Origin: an uncultured Sphingomonadaceae bacterium
GTDB lineage: Bacteria > Pseudomonadota > Alphaproteobacteria > Sphingomonadales > Sphingomonadaceae
NCBI GenBank assembly: GCA_964404985.1
Contig: CAYOMD010000012.1
Span: forward strand, 2,773-66,772
Direction of reading: 5' to 3'
DNA length: 64,000 nucleotides
This document shows positions 44,930 to 55,286 of this stretch, in pieces. A program made the position numbers and the translations under genes. Numbering within the stretch: position 1 is the first letter of the stretch; each line of letters starts with the position of its first letter. A model generated the notes under the pieces. The model was given only the letters and a program-made list of their open reading frames with translations. It ran no database searches and was not told where the DNA came from.

Positions 44930-47205
44930 AATTCGGAGCAAGCCAGGGCGGCAGCCTGATCGGCCAGTCAGTCCGCCGGGTCGAGGATGCCCGCTTTGTG
45001 ACCGGTCGCGGCTGCTATACAGACGATATCCAGCTCGACGGCATGGTGTTCGGCGTGTCGGTGCGCTCGCCCTACCCGCACGCTGAGATTCGCGCCGTCG
45101 ATTGCGCCGTCGCCCGTGCTGCCGATGGGGTGCTGGCGGTCTACACCGCGGACGACATTGCCGACTATGGCATGTTGCCGGCCATCCTGCCGCCACGCAG
45201 CACGCCGACGCCGCGCCCGGTGCTGGCTGGGTCGCGGGTGCGGTATGTGGGGGAACCGGTTGCGTTCGTCGTCGCCCACACGCGGGAACAGGCCCAGGCC
45301 GCCGCTGAACTGGTCGACGTGGATTATGTGCCGCTTGCCGCAGTCGGCTCCGTTGCGGCCGCACTGGCAGACGATGCGCCGCAGATCTGGCCGGATGCTG
45401 CCGGCAACATCGTGTTCGACTGGACACTAGGTGACAAGGCAGCGGTTGAGGCGGCATTTGCGCAGGCGCACCGCGTCGCGCGGGTGCGCGTGACCCAGCC
45501 CCGCGTGGCCCCGACGTCCATGGAAGTGCGCGCCGCAGTCGGAGCATATGATCCGGCACAGGGCTATACACTGCACGCCGGCAGCCAGGGTACGGCAGCG
45601 TTGCGCAACAATATCGCCAACGTGGTGCTGAAGGTGCCGGTCGACCAGGTGCGGATCGTGACCCCGGATGTCGGCGGCGGCTTCGGCATGAAATGGTTCG
45701 TCTATCCGGAATATATCATGGTGCTGCACGCGGCGCGCGCGCTCGGGCTGCCGGTCAAATGGACCGGCGAGCGCGCGGATGCGTTTTTAACCGACGCCAT
45801 GGGCCGCGATCTTACCAGCGATGCCGCCCTTGCCGTCGATGCCGAAGGCCGGTTTCTTGCACTCGATGTGCAGACCCACAGCAACCTAGGGGCCTACATC
45901 CACCAGTTCGGTGCCATGATCCAGACATCAGCCGGCGGGCCGATGATGGGCGGCCTCTACCACATCCCGGCCATCCACAACCATGTGCTGGGGGTCGTGA
46001 CCACCACCATGCCGACGGATGCCTACCGCGGTGCGGGGCGCCCTGAGTCGTGCCTGATTACCGAACGCGTTGTGGACGAGGCAGCGCGCGCACTCGGCAT
46101 CAGCCCGGCGGAAATCCGCCGCCGCAACCTGCTGCGCCCGGATCAACTGCCCTATAAGTCCCCGCTCGGGATCGTCTTCGATGTGGGGGATTATCCCGCC
46201 CTGCTGGAGAAGGCATTGGTGGCCGCGGACTGGGCGGGCCTGCCCGCACGCAAACAGGCGGCGGCGGCCCGGGGCCTACGCCTGGGCTGCGGCATGGCCT
46301 ATTATGTGGAATATGCCGCCAGTGGCGGGACCGAGGAATTCGCGGACATCCGCATGCTGGAGGACGGCGTGATCGAGGTTGCGGTTGGTACCCAGTCCAA
46401 CGGCCAGGGCCACGAGACGGCTTTCGCCCAAGTGGTGGCACAGCGACTTGGCGTGCCGATGGCACAGGTGCGGATCGTCTACGGTGACACCGCCCGGCTC
46501 GAAGTCGGGGGTGGTACCGGCGGCTCGCGCTCCCTGCAGTGGGGCAGCGCGGCATGTCTGGAGGCCTGCACGCAAGTGATCGAACAGGGCACGGCATTGG
46601 CGGCCAAGGCGCTCGAAAGTGCGGACATCGACTATGCCGATGGCCTGTTCCAGGCACGCGGCACCAATCGCTCGGTCCATTTGCGCGACCTTGCCCAGCG
46701 CTTCCCCAAGGCGCTGGACGTGCGCGGCCATGCCAAGGTTGCAGCGCCGACTCCGGTGTTTCCCAACGGCTGCCATATTGTCGAGGTTGAGATTGACCAG
46801 GAGACCGGTGTCCCGACCATCACCCGCTACACGGTGGTCGACGATTTCGGCACGGTTGTTAACCCGATGCTGGTGGAAGGTCAGGTACATGGGGGTGTCG
46901 CCCAAGGTCTGGGTCAGGTTCTGATGGAAGCGATGATTTACGACGACTCGGCTCAGCTGCTCACCGGCTCCTTCATGGACTACGCCCTGCCGCGCGCCGC
47001 CATGATGCCGGAGATCACTTTCGATACGTCGCCGGTACCGAACCCGAACAATCCGCTGGGTGTGAAAGGCTGTGGCGAGGCGGGCTCAATTGGTGCGCTG
47101 GCCGCCTGCGTCAATGCGCTGGTCGATGCACTGGATGGTGCGCCGGTCACGCTGCCGGCAACGCCCGAGACACTGTGGCGCGCGCTGCATCGGCAGGCGG
47201 CCTGA
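44926..47205 (+). CDS. xanthine dehydrogenase / CoxL-family molybdopterin-binding subunit
   Basis: MKFGASQGGSLIGQSVRRVEDARFVTGRGCYTDD N-terminus, ~760 aa. ATGA overlap with the upstream gene. Confidence 0.85.
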   Translation: MKFGASQGGSLIGQSVRRVEDARFVTGRGCYTDDIQLDGMVFGVSVRSPYPHAEIRAVDCAVARAADGVLAVYTADDIADYGMLPAILPPRSTPTPRPVLAGSRVRYVGEPVAFVVAHTREQAQAAAELVDVDYVPLAAVGSVAAALADDAPQIWPDAAGNIVFDWTLGDKAAVEAAFAQAHRVARVRVTQPRVAPTSMEVRAAVGAYDPAQGYTLHAGSQGTAALRNNIANVVLKVPVDQVRIVTPDVGGGFGMKWFVYPEYIMVLHAARALGLPVKWTGERADAFLTDAMGRDLTSDAALAVDAEGRFLALDVQTHSNLGAYIHQFGAMIQTSAGGPMMGGLYHIPAIHNHVLGVVTTTMPTDAYRGAGRPESCLITERVVDEAARALGISPAEIRRRNLLRPDQLPYKSPLGIVFDVGDYPALLEKALVAADWAGLPARKQAAAARGLRLGCGMAYYVEYAASGGTEEFADIRMLEDGVIEVAVGTQSNGQGHETAFAQVVAQRLGVPMAQVRIVYGDTARLEVGGGTGGSRSLQWGSAACLEACTQVIEQGTALAAKALESADIDYADGLFQARGTNRSVHLRDLAQRFPKALDVRGHAKVAAPTPVFPNGCHIVEVEIDQETGVPTITRYTVVDDFGTVVNPMLVEGQVHGGVAQGLGQVLMEAMIYDDSAQLLTGSFMDYALPRAAMMPEITFDTSPVPNPNNPLGVKGCGEAGSIGALAACVNALVDALDGAPVTLPATPETLWRALHRQAA

Positions 47206-47208
47206 CCG

Positions 47209-47751
47209 ATGGACTCTAGCCAACCCATTCACCGGGATGCAGAGGATCAGCCGAGTGCCATGATTCCGTCACACGAATTGGGCATGGATGCAACAGGCGC
47301 GGCCGACTCTGGCGCGCGTCCGTCTTCAGGTCGAACAATGCGCAAGCCCTCTCCGGAACTGGTTCGCTGGATTATGATCGCGATCGGCTGGGTGCTTATC
47401 ACCATCGGCATCGTGATAAGCCCTGCCCCCGGCCCGATGGGAGCGCCGGTCTTCGCCCTGGGCCTTATTCTAGTGCTGCGGAACTCCCGCTGGTCGCGCC
47501 GGCAGTATATCAAGCTGCAGCGCCGCTACCCGAAAATCCTCGGTCCGGTGCGCACGGGTGTGCTGCGGCAAAAGACGCCGATGGGCTTCGTGCGCTGGTT
47601 CAAGGGCGAGGCGATTGATCGCGGGCCGAGCAATGCCGTGGAGATCTTCAGGACCGGACGCAAATGGGTCGCCGACATGATCAATGGTCGCAGGGCACCG
47701 CCCGATTCTCCCCCCAAAGGACCGCTCAGCCCGCGCGGCAAAGAGGGTTAG
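47209..47751 (+). CDS. hypothetical membrane protein (PGPGW-like two-TM segment)
   Basis: WIMIAIGWVLITIGIVISPAPGPMGAPVFALGLILVL. Start uncertain. Confidence 0.45.
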   Translation: MDSSQPIHRDAEDQPSAMIPSHELGMDATGAADSGARPSSGRTMRKPSPELVRWIMIAIGWVLITIGIVISPAPGPMGAPVFALGLILVLRNSRWSRRQYIKLQRRYPKILGPVRTGVLRQKTPMGFVRWFKGEAIDRGPSNAVEIFRTGRKWVADMINGRRAPPDSPPKGPLSPRGKEG

Positions 47752-48653
47752 GCGTCCGGCATCCGGGAGACACTGGCAGGCGTTGCTTTAGCGGCAACCT
47801 GCGCTTCCCGGTGCGCGATATAGATGGTCGAGCAGAAGATCATCAGCCCGCCGGCGATGGTCAGCAGGTCGAACGGCTCACCGAACAGCAGCACCCCATA
47901 AAGCGTCACCAGCATGAACCGCAGGAAGTCGAAGGGCAGCACGGCGCTTGCCTCGGCCAGGCGGAACGCATGCACGGTACCGGTCTGGCCGAGGATCGCC
48001 AGTCCGCCGAGTGCCAGCAGCTTCCAGGCTTCATCCAGATTTGGCACCTCCAGGTAGGGCAGCGCGAGGAGCAGCGAGGGCGGCACCATCAGCATGAAGG
48101 AATAGATGACGATCTGGTGACCCGGCTCCGTCGCCGACAGGCGTTTGACCGCCAGCAGCGAGAAGGCGGTCGAGAGCATGGCAATGATTGCGGCGGCGAT
48201 GCCCGGTGTGAAGGGCAATTGGCCAGGCCGCATGACCACCAGCACGCCGACAAAGCCGATGACCAGCGCCACGATCCGCCGGATCCGCACCTGCTCCCCC
48301 AGCAGGACAATGGCCCCGATCGTCGCGACCAGCGGCGCGCCGTAGTTGATGCCGAGCACCTGGGCCAGCGGCGCATTGGCGACCGCATAAAAAGTGCCGA
48401 AGGTCGCAATCACTCCTGATGTGGCACGCAACAGGTGACGACGCAGGCGGTCGCGCTGCATCAGCGCACGACGCTGCGGCCAGGCGAGTGGCAGAAGGAG
48501 CATGGATCCGATCAGGTTACGCCAGAACACCAGGGCAAACGGATGGATGGTCTGGCTGGTCAGGCGAATCAGCGCCCACATCGTGGCAAAGGATGCACAC
48601 GCGAGGATGATCCAGCAGACCGCCTGGAAATAGGGCGAGCGCCGAGAAAACAT
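47748..48653 (-). CDS. DMT-superfamily (EamA) transporter
   Basis: 10-TM hydrophobic profile with duplicated EamA-like halves. Confidence 0.75.
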   Translation of the reverse strand: MFSRRSPYFQAVCWIILACASFATMWALIRLTSQTIHPFALVFWRNLIGSMLLLPLAWPQRRALMQRDRLRRHLLRATSGVIATFGTFYAVANAPLAQVLGINYGAPLVATIGAIVLLGEQVRIRRIVALVIGFVGVLVVMRPGQLPFTPGIAAAIIAMLSTAFSLLAVKRLSATEPGHQIVIYSFMLMVPPSLLLALPYLEVPNLDEAWKLLALGGLAILGQTGTVHAFRLAEASAVLPFDFLRFMLVTLYGVLLFGEPFDLLTIAGGLMIFCSTIYIAHREAQVAAKATPASVSRMPDA

Positions 48654-48745
48654 GGTCTTCTGTTAGGCTCTGGCACGAAGGCCGCCAAGCGGAAACGATG
48701 AACCGAGGGGCACCGTGCCGAATTGTCTGGATGCCAGCCTTGTCG

Positions 48746-50131
48746 TCAGGCGTCGAGCAGGCGGGTCAGGCGGTCAATATCGGCGGCCAGTTCACTGTCG
48801 GCAGCTTTCAGGTCAGTGATGCGTTTGACTGCGTGCATTACAGTCGTGTGGTCGCGCCCGCCGAAGCGCCGCCCGATCTCCGGCAGGGAGCGCTGGGTCA
48901 ACTGCTTGGAGAGATACATGGCGACCTGGCGCGGCCGGGCGACTTCGCGGGCCCGGCGATCCGACATCAGCTCCGAGAGCTTGAGATTGTAGAACTCGGC
49001 GACTCGCCGCTGGATTTCATCAATCGTCAGGCGGCGGTCGAACGCGCGCAGGACGTCAGAGAGCACCTGCCGGGCGAACGCCAGATCGATGGTCTTGCCG
49101 AGCAGCAGCGCGTGGCCGACAATGCGGTTGAGGGCGCCTTCCAGTTCGCGGACGTTCGAGGTGATGCGCCGGGCGAGAAACTCGACCACATCGCGCGGCA
49201 CCGTGACATCGGTGGTCTGCTCGACTCGCGCCTGCAGGATATTCAGGCGCAACTCATAGTCAGCTGGATTGATGGCCGCGACCAGGCCCCACTGCAGACG
49301 CGAGCGGACCCGCTCCTCAATGCCCTCGATGTCATAGAGGCTGCGGTCCGCCGAGATGACCAGCTTGCGGCCCTCACCGATCAGCGTGTTGATGGTGTGG
49401 AAAAACTCGCTTTGGGTCGATTCCTTGCCGGCAAAGAACTGGATATCGTCGATCAGCAGCATGTCGACGCTGCGGAAACGCTCCTTGAAGGCGATGGTAT
49501 CCTGGTGGCGCAGGGCTGCCATGAACTGCAGCATGAACTTCTCGGCCGTGATGTAGACCACCTTGGCCGCCGGATCCCGCCGGCGCACTTCCCAGCCGAT
49601 CGCATGCATCAGGTGGGTTTTGCCCATACCGACGCCGGAATGCATGAACAGCGGATTGAAGTTGACTGGCCCGCCCTGGGCAAGCCTCAGGGCCGCATTG
49701 TAGGCGCACTCGTTCGACGGCCCGATGACAAAGCGCTCGAACGTGTGGCGCTCCTCGAGTCGGCCCCCGAAGTCGAGGTCAGCAGCCGGTGCTTCCACGA
49801 CCGGGAGCGGCACCAGTGCTGCGGCAGGCTGGCTGCTCATGGTCGGGGCCACGATCAGGCGCAAGGTGGTGACGCCCGGCATCTTGCTGGCCCACAGACC
49901 CCGCAGACGCTCGGCAAAGTGGCTCTTGATCCAGTCACACATGAAGTGTGTGGGCAGGCTGAGCACGACATCCTGGTCAGCAACACGCACGAACTGGATC
50001 GGCTTCACCCATGAGTCGTAGGTACGCTGACCCAGCTCCGCCCGCAGGCGTTCCTGGATATACGACCAGATCGCTCCCAGATCCTCCCCGACCGGAGCAG
50101 TGGTTGTCGTCGCAGTTGTATCTGCGGTCAT
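48746..50131 (-). CDS. dnaA: chromosomal replication initiator protein
   Basis: Walker A GVGMGKTHLMHAIG and C-terminal DNA-binding region GGRDHTTVMHAVKRI. ATG 50131 is preferred (GGAG 10 nt upstream); ATG 50140 is the alternative. Confidence 0.9.
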   Translation of the reverse strand: MTADTTATTTTAPVGEDLGAIWSYIQERLRAELGQRTYDSWVKPIQFVRVADQDVVLSLPTHFMCDWIKSHFAERLRGLWASKMPGVTTLRLIVAPTMSSQPAAALVPLPVVEAPAADLDFGGRLEERHTFERFVIGPSNECAYNAALRLAQGGPVNFNPLFMHSGVGMGKTHLMHAIGWEVRRRDPAAKVVYITAEKFMLQFMAALRHQDTIAFKERFRSVDMLLIDDIQFFAGKESTQSEFFHTINTLIGEGRKLVISADRSLYDIEGIEERVRSRLQWGLVAAINPADYELRLNILQARVEQTTDVTVPRDVVEFLARRITSNVRELEGALNRIVGHALLLGKTIDLAFARQVLSDVLRAFDRRLTIDEIQRRVAEFYNLKLSELMSDRRAREVARPRQVAMYLSKQLTQRSLPEIGRRFGGRDHTTVMHAVKRITDLKAADSELAADIDRLTRLLDA

Positions 50132-50633
50132 TGCTTTCATTCTCCAAATCCTTAGCGTCTGCACAGTTGTCGTGGACGCCGAAAGATAGCGATCCTTGCG
50201 CAGGCTGCGTATTTCGTCGGTTGCCTTACACAATAACACTTGGGCCCTGCCAGCGCAGGCTCAAGTTAATCCAGGGTATGTGCGAGGAATCCGGCGGGCA
50301 TGCGCGCTTAAAAGAAGGGGATCAGTACGCCTGGTAACGAGACAAAAACCCCGAAATGCAGGCGAGTCTGACTTGTTTTGATTGTGTAAATCTGTGAGAA
50401 GACTTGCCCATTTCATTCACCGATGCGTTTTGTACTGGCCCCGTTACGTCAAGACATAGAAGATAGGCTAGCGTGACCATGCCTCGCAAGCCCTTCAAAG
50501 TGGCAAGAGGGGAAATAAATCGATTGACACAGAATCCACGAAAACGCTCTGTTATAGCCAAGCCGAGAGAATGATTTCACTTTTATGACTACCCGAGTCG
50601 AAGCGTTAAAACCCCGGCATAATTCAGGGCAAT

Positions 50634-50671
50634 AGACGAAAACAGGCAGCCCGGCGATGTGCCAGGCTGCC
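50634..50671 (-). terminator. rho-independent terminator of rpsT
   Basis: The minus strand reads ggcagcc-tggcacatcgccg-ggctgcc-tgttttcgtc. Confidence 0.6.
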
Positions 50672-50711
50672 CGTTGCAAAACCCGCAAAGGTTGATTTAA
50701 AGTCTGTTGCT

Positions 50712-50975
50712 CTAGCCGAGCAGTTTGACCCGGGCGGACAGACGCGAGATCTTACGCGCCACCGTATTCTTGTGCAGGACGCCACGGCTGACGCCGCGCA
50801 TCATTTCCGGCTGTGCGGCACGCAGGGCTTCGGCCGCTGCAGTCTTGTCGCCGGTCGCGATTGCCGACTCGACCTTCTTCACGAAGGTCCGAATCCGGCT
50901 CACCCGAGCCTTGTTGATGTCGGCGCGACGATCATTGCGCCGGATGCGCTTGCGCGCCTGCGGAGTATTAGCCAT
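50712..50975 (-). CDS. rpsT: 30S ribosomal protein S20
   Basis: [34 protein letters not shown]... Confidence 0.95.
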   Translation of the reverse strand: MANTPQARKRIRRNDRRADINKARVSRIRTFVKKVESAIATGDKTAAAEALRAAQPEMMRGVSRGVLHKNTVARKISRLSARVKLLG

Positions 50976-51080
50976 TCCTGTCCTCGGTGCTCGCCGGAGC
51001 ACAATAAACACGTACACCCGGCGGCGGCCGGGCGCGGAAAGCGGGAGGCTATGACAGAGTCGCCCGCACTGGTCAACCGC

Positions 51081-51437
51081 TCATCGCGCGGGGTTTGTGA
51101 CAGGCTGAATGTCGATGGTGATGCGGACACCGGACTCTGCAGGCTCGACGTGCAACTGCGTGCGCTCGCCGTCCCGCTGAAAGGCCCCGGACCCGGCATC
51201 GGCGGCCCAGCCGAGGGCGGTGAGCGCCTGGGTGTAGTAGCGCAGGACCGCATCCGGGGTCGCCTCACCCTCCAGCACGATGCGGGCGATTCGACCGCTT
51301 TCGACATCGAAGGCAAACCCCAGTTCGGCGCGCTCGGTGAGGCCCGGCATCAGCGGCGCATCGATATCCCGCAGCAGCGATCCGGCGGCCATAAGCCCCA
51401 GCGCTGCCAGCAAGCCAAAGGACATGCGAAGTTTCAT
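51081..51437 (-). CDS. hypothetical secreted protein
   Basis: Signal-peptide-like MKLRMSFGLLAALGLMAAGS. The start overlaps the mutM stop (ATGA). Confidence 0.5.
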   Translation of the reverse strand: MKLRMSFGLLAALGLMAAGSLLRDIDAPLMPGLTERAELGFAFDVESGRIARIVLEGEATPDAVLRYYTQALTALGWAADAGSGAFQRDGERTQLHVEPAESGVRITIDIQPVTNPAR

Positions 51438-52249
51438 GACTGGCAGCTTCCGCAAAAAAAGGTGGACCGGTTGGACTGGACCCGGCGCATAACCGGGCGG
51501 GTGCACCGGCGGCAAGGCTCGTCCTCGCGACCATAGACCTGCCATGCATGCTGAAAATAGCCGAGTTCGCCGTCAATCTGTACATAGTCACGCAGCGAAG
51601 AACCGCCAGCCTCGATGGCGCGGCCAAGCACATCGACTATTGCCGCCGCCAGGGTGTCCGACTCGAGGGCGGTCAGGCTGGATGCCGGGCGCATCGGGGC
51701 GATCCCAGCCTGGAACAGGGCCTCGCAGGCGTAGATGTTGCCGATGCCGGCCACCACGGCCTGATCCAGCAATGCGGCCTTGACCGGGGACCGCCGGCCG
51801 GCAAACGCTGCATGCAGAATCGGGCCGCCAAAGCCGTTGCCCAGCGGCTCCGGCCCCAGGGCGGCGATCAACGGGTGTGCGGTCCAGTCGTCGTGACGCG
51901 CCAGCAGCAGGGAGCCGAACCGACGCGGATCATTGAAGACGAGACGCCGCCCGGCTTCGGTCTCGAACAGGACGTGGTCGTGTGTCTCCTCGGCCACCGG
52001 GTCGATGCGCATCCGTCCGCTCATGCCTAGGTGGAGGATGGCCACGTCGCCGCGATCCGTATCGATCAGCCCGTATTTGGCGCGCCGCCGCACGCCCTGT
52101 ATCCGCGCACCGGTCAGGCGCTCGGCGAAGTCGTCGGGGATCGGCCAGCGCAGGTCCGGGCGGTGTACCGTGACTTTGCTTAGCCGCTGTCCGGTCAGAG
52201 CTGCGGCCAGGCCGCGGCATACGGTTTCGACTTCAGGAAGTTCGGGCAT
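51434..52249 (-). CDS. mutM: formamidopyrimidine-DNA glycosylase
   Basis: MPELPEVETV N-terminus and C-terminal zinc finger CRRC...CGSC. Confidence 0.95.
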   Translation of the reverse strand: MPELPEVETVCRGLAAALTGQRLSKVTVHRPDLRWPIPDDFAERLTGARIQGVRRRAKYGLIDTDRGDVAILHLGMSGRMRIDPVAEETHDHVLFETEAGRRLVFNDPRRFGSLLLARHDDWTAHPLIAALGPEPLGNGFGGPILHAAFAGRRSPVKAALLDQAVVAGIGNIYACEALFQAGIAPMRPASSLTALESDTLAAAIVDVLGRAIEAGGSSLRDYVQIDGELGYFQHAWQVYGREDEPCRRCTRPVMRRVQSNRSTFFCGSCQS

Positions 52250-52352
52250 GAACAGCGTTCCATAAACGGCAGTTTGGCTCTAGACCTCACCATATGAGGG
52301 CTTCGACACATGAAGACCTCCTTGTGCCTGCCTTATGGGAAATCTCAAAATC

Positions 52353-53354
52353 ATGACGTCGCGTGTCCTCTCCGGAATCCAGCCGACCGGCAACCTGCAC
52401 CTGGGAAATTACCTTGGCGCTATCGTCCACTGGGTGCGCATGCAGGAGGAGCATCCCTGCCTGTTCTGCATCGTTGACCTGCACGCCATCACGGTGTGGC
52501 AGGACCCGGCGGCCCTGCGCGCCAACACGCTGGAAATGGCAGCGGCGTTGCTTGCGTCCGGCATCGACCCGGCCAAGGCGATCCTGTTTGTGCAGTCGCA
52601 CGTGCCGCAGCACGCAGAGCTCGGTTGGGTGCTGAATTGTGTTGCCCGGATCGGCTGGCTCAACCGCATGGTGCAGTTCAAGGAGAAGGCGGGCAAGGAC
52701 CGGGAGGGAGCGAGCGTCGGCCTATACAGCTATCCGGTCCTGCAGGCGGCCGATATCCTGATCTACCGGGCGACCCATGTGCCGGTGGGCGAGGACCAGA
52801 AGCAGCACCTCGAGCTGGCGCGTGACATCGCCCAGAAGTTCAACACGGACTATGGAGTCGAGCTGTTTCCCCAACCGGCACCGATCATCCAGGGCCCGGC
52901 GACACGGGTGATGAGCCTGCGCGATGGCCATGCCAAAATGTCCAAATCCGACTCGTCGGACTTCAGCCGCATCAATCTGACCGATGACGCCGACACCATC
53001 GCCCAGAAAGTGCGCAAGGCCAAGACGGACCCGGAGCCGCTGCCGGACCATGAAGAGGCGCTTGCCGGCCGGCCGGAAGCGCAGAATCTGGTGGGCATTT
53101 ATGCCGCCATGTCCGGCATGACGCGCGCGGACGTGCTGCAGCAATTCGCAGGGCAAGGCTTCGGGGCGTTCAAGCCGGCGCTGACCGAGCAACTGGTCAG
53201 CCGACTCGCACCCGTAGCGGATGAATTCAACCGTTTGCGACGCGACCCGGGGCATTTGCACGCCGTTCTGGCGCAGGGTGCCGAGAAAGCGCAGGCACTC
53301 GCCGCAAACACCCTGCGGTCTGTCTACGAGACTGTAGGATTTCTGGCGCGATGA
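52353..53354 (+). CDS. trpS: tryptophan--tRNA ligase
   Basis: [17 protein letters not shown] and KMSKS motifs. Start is ATG 52353 or ATG 52335; neither has a clear SD. Confidence 0.9.
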   Translation: MTSRVLSGIQPTGNLHLGNYLGAIVHWVRMQEEHPCLFCIVDLHAITVWQDPAALRANTLEMAAALLASGIDPAKAILFVQSHVPQHAELGWVLNCVARIGWLNRMVQFKEKAGKDREGASVGLYSYPVLQAADILIYRATHVPVGEDQKQHLELARDIAQKFNTDYGVELFPQPAPIIQGPATRVMSLRDGHAKMSKSDSSDFSRINLTDDADTIAQKVRKAKTDPEPLPDHEEALAGRPEAQNLVGIYAAMSGMTRADVLQQFAGQGFGAFKPALTEQLVSRLAPVADEFNRLRRDPGHLHAVLAQGAEKAQALAANTLRSVYETVGFLAR

Positions 53355-53424
53355 GTATATGATGACAGCTTGATCGACTTCAGACGTTCCTGAGGGGGTG
53401 CGTTCTACCCGGGAGAGTGTCGCG

Positions 53425-54123
53425 ATGACTCAAGCTGTCGAGATGACCCATAATAATTCGCACAGCGCCAAGCGCGCGCTCATCGCCGTCGGTATGGCGG
53501 CATTCCTGTTGGCGGGGTGCGCCTCCCGCTTCAAGGCGGATGTCGCCCGCTTCTACACCCCGACGCTGCCGAAGGCCGAGAGCTTCCAGGTTGTCCCCAG
53601 CGACCCGGCCAAGGTTGGCAGTCTGGAGTTTGCACAATATGCTGATCTCGTGCGCAACAAGCTGATCGCGCAGGGCTATCGTCCTGCCGCACAAGGGGAA
53701 GTGCCGACGCTCGACGTCCGGCTGGATTATGTATTGTCATCAGGGCGAGAGCAGATACGCTCCACGCATTCACCATCGTTCGGGTTTTATGGCCTGGCAC
53801 CCTACGGCTTCTACGGCTACTCCCCCCGCAGCCGTTTCGGCTTTGGCGGATACGGGTCGTTCGGCGGATACGGAGCCTATGGCGGCTCAGAGGTCAGCAG
53901 CCGCACCATTTACACCCGCGGCCTGACCCTCGAGATTACCAAGGCCGGCAAGCCGGAGGAAAAACTGTTCGAGGGTCGCGCGATCTCCGACGGTGCCGAT
54001 GGCCGCCTGACCGAGGTGGTCCCCTATCTCGTGCAGGCTATGTTCGAGGAGTTTCCGGGCCAGTCCGGCGTAACCAAGCGGGTTGTGATCAAGACTCCAA
54101 ACAAAAGCGGCAACAGCTACTGA
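53425..54123 (+). CDS. DUF4136-like lipoprotein with internal Gly/Tyr/Phe-rich segment
   Basis: Lipobox FLLAGC. GGGAGAG upstream of ATG 53425. Low-complexity segment at residues ~116-154. Confidence 0.6.
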   Translation: MTQAVEMTHNNSHSAKRALIAVGMAAFLLAGCASRFKADVARFYTPTLPKAESFQVVPSDPAKVGSLEFAQYADLVRNKLIAQGYRPAAQGEVPTLDVRLDYVLSSGREQIRSTHSPSFGFYGLAPYGFYGYSPRSRFGFGGYGSFGGYGAYGGSEVSSRTIYTRGLTLEITKAGKPEEKLFEGRAISDGADGRLTEVVPYLVQAMFEEFPGQSGVTKRVVIKTPNKSGNSY

Positions 54124-54202
54124 ACCGAGGATCCAGAAAAATACTGGACCGGGCGCCTGCGACCTGCAACGACACCGCATGTCATGCAGGACGGAGGGTT
54201 AG

Positions 54203-55234
54203 ATGGCCGGCTTGAATGGGCTTTGGCAACAGGCGCGCGAAAGCGTGGAGTCATTGACACGTCGCCTGACAGGGTCAGGGCGCACGCGACCCGATGATGC
54301 CGCGCCTGCCACTGCGCGGCGTCTCAACAAGGCGTTGCTGTTCGGGCTGGCGCCGATCATCTTGATCATCACCTATTTTGGCATAGGCGGGTTGATGCGC
54401 CACACGATTGACACCGATACGGCGTTTCGCCCCGGTGTTGCGGACCTCCCCCCCAACGGCAGTGTCGCGGTTGCGATGGCGAGCGGCCTGCTCGACCGCG
54501 AAACCCGTGTGCATGGCTGGGTGCCGGATGACCCCTGGTTTTACCCGACCGCCTGGCTCGACAATATGCCGAACTTCCAGAAAGGCATGCGCAGCATGAC
54601 CTTGCAATTCATTCTGGAGCTGAAGGACCAGGTGGCGCGCACCCGCGGCTCCGGCGGCACCGACCCGAAGCTGGAGGCGGCTTTCGAGGAACTCTCCTAC
54701 CCGCCGGACCGCTGGTGGATCAGCGCGTCCTGGCCACCGATCCGCGCGTCCTCTGCCTCGCAATACACGGCCGCAATCGCGGACCTGCGAGACTATAACC
54801 AGCGGGTTGCCAGCGGCACTGCCCTGTTCGAGCGCCGGAGCGACAGCCTGAATGCCGCGCTCGACCGCATGGCGCTGAGCCTCGGCGCAGCCTCTGCCAC
54901 GCTCGACCGCCATGTGGTCGCGCATCAGGGCGGGCTGTGGGACCGCAAGGCCGATGATCTGTTCTATGACGTGCAAGGCCGCGCCTATGCCGCACACATG
55001 ATCCTGCTCGGCCTGCAACAGGATTATGCCGATTTGATCCAGCAGCGCCAGGTCGGCAATGTCTGGGGCGAACTGATGGCCAGCCTTGAGGAGGTGGTCG
55101 GCATGGATCCGATCATCGTGCTGAACGGCAAAACCGGCAGCACGCTGGTCAAGAACCACCTGGCGGAACAGGGCTTCGCACTGCTGCGTGCCCGCACCCA
55201 GTTGCGCGAGTTGACCGCGATCCTGCAGAAATGA
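54203..55234 (+). CDS. DUF2333-like membrane-anchored protein
   Basis: One N-terminal TM helix (LLFGLAPIILIITYFGIGGL) and the motif WFYPTAWLDNMPNFQKG. Confidence 0.6.
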   Translation: MAGLNGLWQQARESVESLTRRLTGSGRTRPDDAAPATARRLNKALLFGLAPIILIITYFGIGGLMRHTIDTDTAFRPGVADLPPNGSVAVAMASGLLDRETRVHGWVPDDPWFYPTAWLDNMPNFQKGMRSMTLQFILELKDQVARTRGSGGTDPKLEAAFEELSYPPDRWWISASWPPIRASSASQYTAAIADLRDYNQRVASGTALFERRSDSLNAALDRMALSLGAASATLDRHVVAHQGGLWDRKADDLFYDVQGRAYAAHMILLGLQQDYADLIQQRQVGNVWGELMASLEEVVGMDPIIVLNGKTGSTLVKNHLAEQGFALLRARTQLRELTAILQK

Positions 55235-55286
55235 CCCGGCGGCAACGCCTCTTGCCGGATCGCGCAACTGGCGGCATCGTCAGGGC

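Noticed and set aside
50240-50711. Chromosomal origin (oriC) with DnaA boxes next to dnaA.
   Set aside because: No 8/9 or 9/9 match to TTATCCACA or TGATCCACA was seen on either strand, so I kept only the weaker dnaA-promoter interpretation.
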